The notes beneath the pieces are model-generated. The model was not told the origin of the DNA and searched no databases. It saw only the letters and a program-made list of their open reading frames with translations. This document shows positions 60,371-64,000 of a DNA stretch of 64,000 bases, piece after piece. Source of the stretch: Candidatus Krumholzibacteriota bacterium (lineage in GTDB: Bacteria; Krumholzibacteriota; Krumholzibacteriia; Krumholzibacteriales; Krumholzibacteriaceae); contig JAUWCL010000006.1 in the NCBI GenBank assembly GCA_030609325.1, positions 21,286-85,285 on the forward strand, written 5' to 3'. The position numbers and the translations under genes are program-made. The first letter of the stretch is position 1. Each line of letters begins with the position of its first letter.

Positions 60371-61903
60371 ATGGATTTAAGCTTTTTCGATATCGCATTA
60401 TTCCTGCTGTTTTTCATCATTGTTGTCGGCGTCAGTATGTATAAAAGCCGCAAGGAGGAAACCGGGGAGGATTTCTTCCTTGCTGGCCGCAGCCTGTTGT
60501 GGCCGATGATCGGGCTTTCTCTCATTGCCGCGAATATCTCCACGGAACAGATAGTTGGACAGGCCGGACAGGGAGCCGGTAGTGTGGGGTTCGCTGTGGC
60601 GAGTTATGAATGGATGGCTGCCATTACGCTTGTATTTGTCGCCTTCTTTTTTCTCCCTCGGTTTTTGCGCAGTGGTATCTATACGATGCCTGAATTCCTG
60701 GAATATCGCTATAATTCCGCGGCACGAGCTATTATGGCTTTTTATATGGTGGTTATTTACGTTGCCGTGACCATTTCCGCTGTGATTTATTCCGGAGCAT
60801 TGACGCTTACCACGATATTCAACATGAATCTCATCAAGGCTGTATGGCTGATCGGCGGGATTGCCGCTATTTATTCCACCTGGGGCGGTCTCAAGGCCGT
60901 GGCCTGGGCGGATCTGTTTCAGGGGTCCGCGCTTATCATCGGGGGCATAATCACCGTCATTATAGGTTTTGTCGCAGTCGGCGGAGTGAATAATTTTTTC
61001 ACTACGAATGCGGATCGGTTGCACATGATCCTGCCCGCGGATCATCCGGTATTGCCCTGGACGGCGCTGGTTATTGGACTCTGGATTCCCAATTTCTATT
61101 ATTGGGGTCTCAATCAGTATATTACCCAACGGACCCTGGCGGCCAAAACACTGCGCCAGGGACAGTTGGGTGTCATTTTCGCGGCATTTCTTAAATTGAC
61201 AATTCCCTTTATTGTGATATTTCCGGGAATTATGGCTTACCAGCTATATGGCGACCAGTTGGAAAATGCCGATGCGGCTTATCCGTTGCTTATCCGGAAC
61301 CTCATACCCGGTGGAATGCGCGGATTAATTTTCGCCGCTATTGCCGGGGCGGTTATCAGCTCTCTGGCGTCCATGCTCAACTCCGCTTCGACTATCTTTA
61401 CGATGGATTTGTATAAACGGCACTGGAAGAAGGATGCTTTACCCCATTCCCTGGTTACCACGGGACGCATCATGACCCTGGTTCTGGTTATCATCGGCTG
61501 TCTGATTGCGCCGCAATTGGGGAACCCCCGCTTTCGAGGGATATTCAATTACATTCAGGAATTTCAAGGCTTTGTGTCGCCCGGTATATTGGCTGCTTTT
61601 ATCTTTGGAATGATCTTTAAACGGGCTCCTGGAATGGCGGGTGTTGCTGCGCTGACGGCTTCACCTGCGATTTACGGCATTTTACTATTTTTCTTTGCCG
61701 GTATTGCCTTTCTTAATCGAATGGCCATTACCTTTATATTGATCCTGATCATCATGGGCGTTTTTACCCTGTTTAAACCGATGGCCGGGCAAAGGGAAAT
61801 GCCCATTCGTGAAGATTTTGATATGAAACCCAGCCGTTCTGTAATGTGGCTTGGCATTGTTGTGATTGCTGTCACCCTGTTGCTTTATGCTCTGTTCTGG
61901 TAG
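60371..61903 (+). CDS. sodium:solute symporter family (SGLT-like sugar) transporter
   Basis: 510 aa with ~13-14 TM helices. SSF motifs DFFLAGRSL and WGGLKAVAWADLFQG. It sits between galM and galT. Confidence 0.85.
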   Translation: MDLSFFDIALFLLFFIIVVGVSMYKSRKEETGEDFFLAGRSLLWPMIGLSLIAANISTEQIVGQAGQGAGSVGFAVASYEWMAAITLVFVAFFFLPRFLRSGIYTMPEFLEYRYNSAARAIMAFYMVVIYVAVTISAVIYSGALTLTTIFNMNLIKAVWLIGGIAAIYSTWGGLKAVAWADLFQGSALIIGGIITVIIGFVAVGGVNNFFTTNADRLHMILPADHPVLPWTALVIGLWIPNFYYWGLNQYITQRTLAAKTLRQGQLGVIFAAFLKLTIPFIVIFPGIMAYQLYGDQLENADAAYPLLIRNLIPGGMRGLIFAAIAGAVISSLASMLNSASTIFTMDLYKRHWKKDALPHSLVTTGRIMTLVLVIIGCLIAPQLGNPRFRGIFNYIQEFQGFVSPGILAAFIFGMIFKRAPGMAGVAALTASPAIYGILLFFFAGIAFLNRMAITFILILIIMGVFTLFKPMAGQREMPIREDFDMKPSRSVMWLGIVVIAVTLLLYALFW

Positions 61904-61909
61904 ATATTA

Positions 61910-62950
61910 ATGGATTTTGATATTGCAACACACCCGCACCGCAGGTTTAACCCGTTATCGGGAAGGTGGGTACTGGTGTCTCCACACCGGATGGAGAGAC
62001 CCTGGCGGGGCAGGCATGAATCGAGCGAGAAATCCGAACAGCCGGGATATGATCCTGAATGCTATCTTTGTCCAGGAAACGAACGGGCAAGCGGTGAGCG
62101 AAACCCGCATTATAAAAGCACTTTCGTATTTGCAAATGATTACAGCGCTCTCCTGAGCGATGTTCCCGTTATCGAGCGCTCGAACAATGATCTATTCAAG
62201 ATCGATGTGATTCAGGGCACGTGCCGGGTGATCTGCTTTTCACCCCGACATGATCTTTCGCTTCCCGAAATGCAGGTGAGCGAAATTCGCAGGGTTGTGG
62301 ATTTGTGGATTGCCCAGCTCGCGGACCTTGGACAAACACACCGCTGGGTGCAGATATTTGAAAACAAGGGTGAGATGATGGGATGCTCCAACTCTCATCC
62401 TCATGGCCAGATCTGGGCGAGCTCGTTCCTTCCCGATGAAGTAAGCAACGAGGATCTGAATCAGAAGATATATTACGAACAGCATGATGAAGTGCTGATA
62501 TTGAGTTGTCTCGAACGTGAATTGGAAGATGCAGAAAGGGTTGTCCTGGAGAATGATTCCTGGGTGGTCCTGGTCCCTTTCTGGGCCGTGTGGCCCTTTG
62601 AGTCAATACTGCTGCCGAAGAGACACGTACTGCGCCTGACGGAACTGAATGACCGGGAATGCGATCGGTTGGCTGAGATATTAAAAGAGTTCCTGACTCG
62701 TTATGACAATCTTTTCGAAGCACCATTTCCATATACAATGGGATGGCATGGGGCGCCTTCAGATGATGGCGATTATATTCACTGGCAACTGCATGCTCAT
62801 TTCTATCCGCCGCTATTGCGGTCGGCGACCGTAAAGAAGTTCATGGTTGGTTATGAAATGCTGGCTGAAGCCCAGCGGGATATAACGCCCGAATGGGCGG
62901 CGAAGTGCTTGAGAGAAGTTTCATCGATCCATTACAAGGTCAGGATTTAA
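61910..62950 (+). CDS. galT: galactose-1-phosphate uridylyltransferase
   Basis: Motifs RFNPLSGRWVLVSPHRMERPW, CYLCPGN and the active site SNSHPHGQIWA. Confidence 0.9.
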   Translation: MDFDIATHPHRRFNPLSGRWVLVSPHRMERPWRGRHESSEKSEQPGYDPECYLCPGNERASGERNPHYKSTFVFANDYSALLSDVPVIERSNNDLFKIDVIQGTCRVICFSPRHDLSLPEMQVSEIRRVVDLWIAQLADLGQTHRWVQIFENKGEMMGCSNSHPHGQIWASSFLPDEVSNEDLNQKIYYEQHDEVLILSCLERELEDAERVVLENDSWVVLVPFWAVWPFESILLPKRHVLRLTELNDRECDRLAEILKEFLTRYDNLFEAPFPYTMGWHGAPSDDGDYIHWQLHAHFYPPLLRSATVKKFMVGYEMLAEAQRDITPEWAAKCLREVSSIHYKVRI

Positions 62951-62953
62951 GCC

Positions 62954-64000
62954 ATGACATTTGATTTGCAGGATTATAACGATCTGTTCAAAAAGATTTA
63001 CGGTGAAGATGAGAATATGCTTTCAAGCCAGCGGAAACGTTATAAAAAGTTGATCAGGGAATACAGGCTTCGATTCAACGATAAAGACGTCCACCTCTTC
63101 AGCACGCCGGGCAGAACGGAAATCGGCGGCAATCACACCGACCATAACAACGGAAGGGTGCTGGCAGCCAGTGTCAATCTGGATTCAATTGCTGTTGCCG
63201 GAAAAAATGATAATAACAGGGTTATAATCTATTCAGGGGAATACAGTGAACCGTTTGAAGTTAATCTGGATTGCCTGGATGTTGTTCATGAGGAAAAGGA
63301 AACTACCAGTGCGCTCGTACGGGGAATAGCTTTCAGGCTGTCTGATCTGGGTCATGGGATCGGTGGATTCAATGCCTGTATAACGAGCGATGTTTCTATT
63401 GGATCCGGTCTCAGTTCCTCGGCATCGATCGAGGTATTGATCGGTACCATATTCAACAAGCTGTATAATAATGGCGAGGTCGGCGTCGAGACAATAGCGA
63501 TAACAGGCCAGTATGCAGAGAATAACTATTTCGGCAAACCATGTGGACTTATGGATCAAATGGCCTGTGCAGTTGGAGGGATCATATCCATTGATTTTAA
63601 ACATCCGTGCGCACCGGTTGTAAAAAAGATCGATTTCGATTTTGACGCCAGTAATTATCGTTTGCTGGTGGTTGATACGGGGAGTTCTCACGAGGATTTA
63701 ACGGATGACTATAAAGCGGTACCTTCCGAGATGAAGGAAGTCGCATCAAAATTGGGTAAAAACACATGCCGTGACATCAACATGGATGAACTCCTGTTAA
63801 ACATAAAAGATTTACGTGAAAGGGTGAGTGATAGGGCTCTGCTCCGGGCTTTTCATTTCATAAATGAAAATGAAAGGGTATTGGCTCAGGTAAAAGAACT
63901 GGAATCGGGAAATTTTATCGGATTCCTGGAATTAGTCCGGGATTCAGGCCGTTCTTCTTTCATGTGGTTGCAGAATGTTTACAGCATAAAAAAGATAGAA
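62954..64000 (+). CDS. galK: galactokinase (GHMP kinase), C-terminus beyond the window
   Basis: Motifs FSTPGRTEIGGNHTDHNNGRVLAASV and the GHMP motif SIGSGLSSSASIEV. The frame is open to the window end. Confidence 0.85.
   Translation, partial: MTFDLQDYNDLFKKIYGEDENMLSSQRKRYKKLIREYRLRFNDKDVHLFSTPGRTEIGGNHTDHNNGRVLAASVNLDSIAVAGKNDNNRVIIYSGEYSEPFEVNLDCLDVVHEEKETTSALVRGIAFRLSDLGHGIGGFNACITSDVSIGSGLSSSASIEVLIGTIFNKLYNNGEVGVETIAITGQYAENNYFGKPCGLMDQMACAVGGIISIDFKHPCAPVVKKIDFDFDASNYRLLVVDTGSSHEDLTDDYKAVPSEMKEVASKLGKNTCRDINMDELLLNIKDLRERVSDRALLRAFHFINENERVLAQVKELESGNFIGFLELVRDSGRSSFMWLQNVYSIKKIE

Overview
64-kb window from a high-GC Gram-negative bacterium. Sampled lines in most genes are roughly 58-65% GC. 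The organism is probably an uncultivated FCB-superphylum-like lineage; this is inferred from three large secreted proteins that end in T9SS/Por-type C-terminal sorting domains. I support about 45 protein-coding genes. I recognised no rRNA, tRNA or CRISPR array. Most other long ORFs in the track are Arg/Gly/Pro-rich antisense shadows of real genes.

Gene content from left to right:
- A PNAG-like exopolysaccharide set: pgaD-like, GT2 synthase, TPR-porin and deacetylase.
- dapB and dapA.
- An arsR-trxA-MBL hydrolase group.
- Archaeal-type phosphoglycerate mutase, a TPR lipoprotein, an orphan ParB-like protein, and a rhodanese-DoxX-small OMP group.
- A decayed acyl-CoA ligase fragment abutting an IS1595-like transposase gene. 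An AT-rich spacer and a low-GC luxR/GAF pair with a sigma54-like promoter follow it.
- Phosphofructokinase and a YHS lipoprotein.
- A 12-kb four-gene locus of DUF11/CARDB-type repeat proteins. It includes a 1953-aa giant with an OmpA-like module embedded mid-protein.
- A 1320-aa Ig-array T9SS cargo protein.
- A remnant ORF containing a 42-bp palindrome.
- DegT aminotransferase, a CDF transporter, a C1 protease/beta-helix T9SS cargo, NifU-like, an orphan pilin and an M19 dipeptidase.
- A low-GC dtxR islet upstream of a TonB-dependent receptor operon with two lamin-tail-domain lipoprotein paralogs and a further predicted barrel.
- A BNR-repeat T9SS cargo and a tricorn protease homolog.
- A markedly lower-GC galM-SSS-galT-galK block that runs off the right end.

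The most interesting candidates for an undescribed system are the DUF11/OmpA giant-protein locus (19.7-31.9 kb) and the TBDR/LTD-lipoprotein operon (46.4-53.0 kb). All functional calls come from motif recognition by eye; no database search was run.
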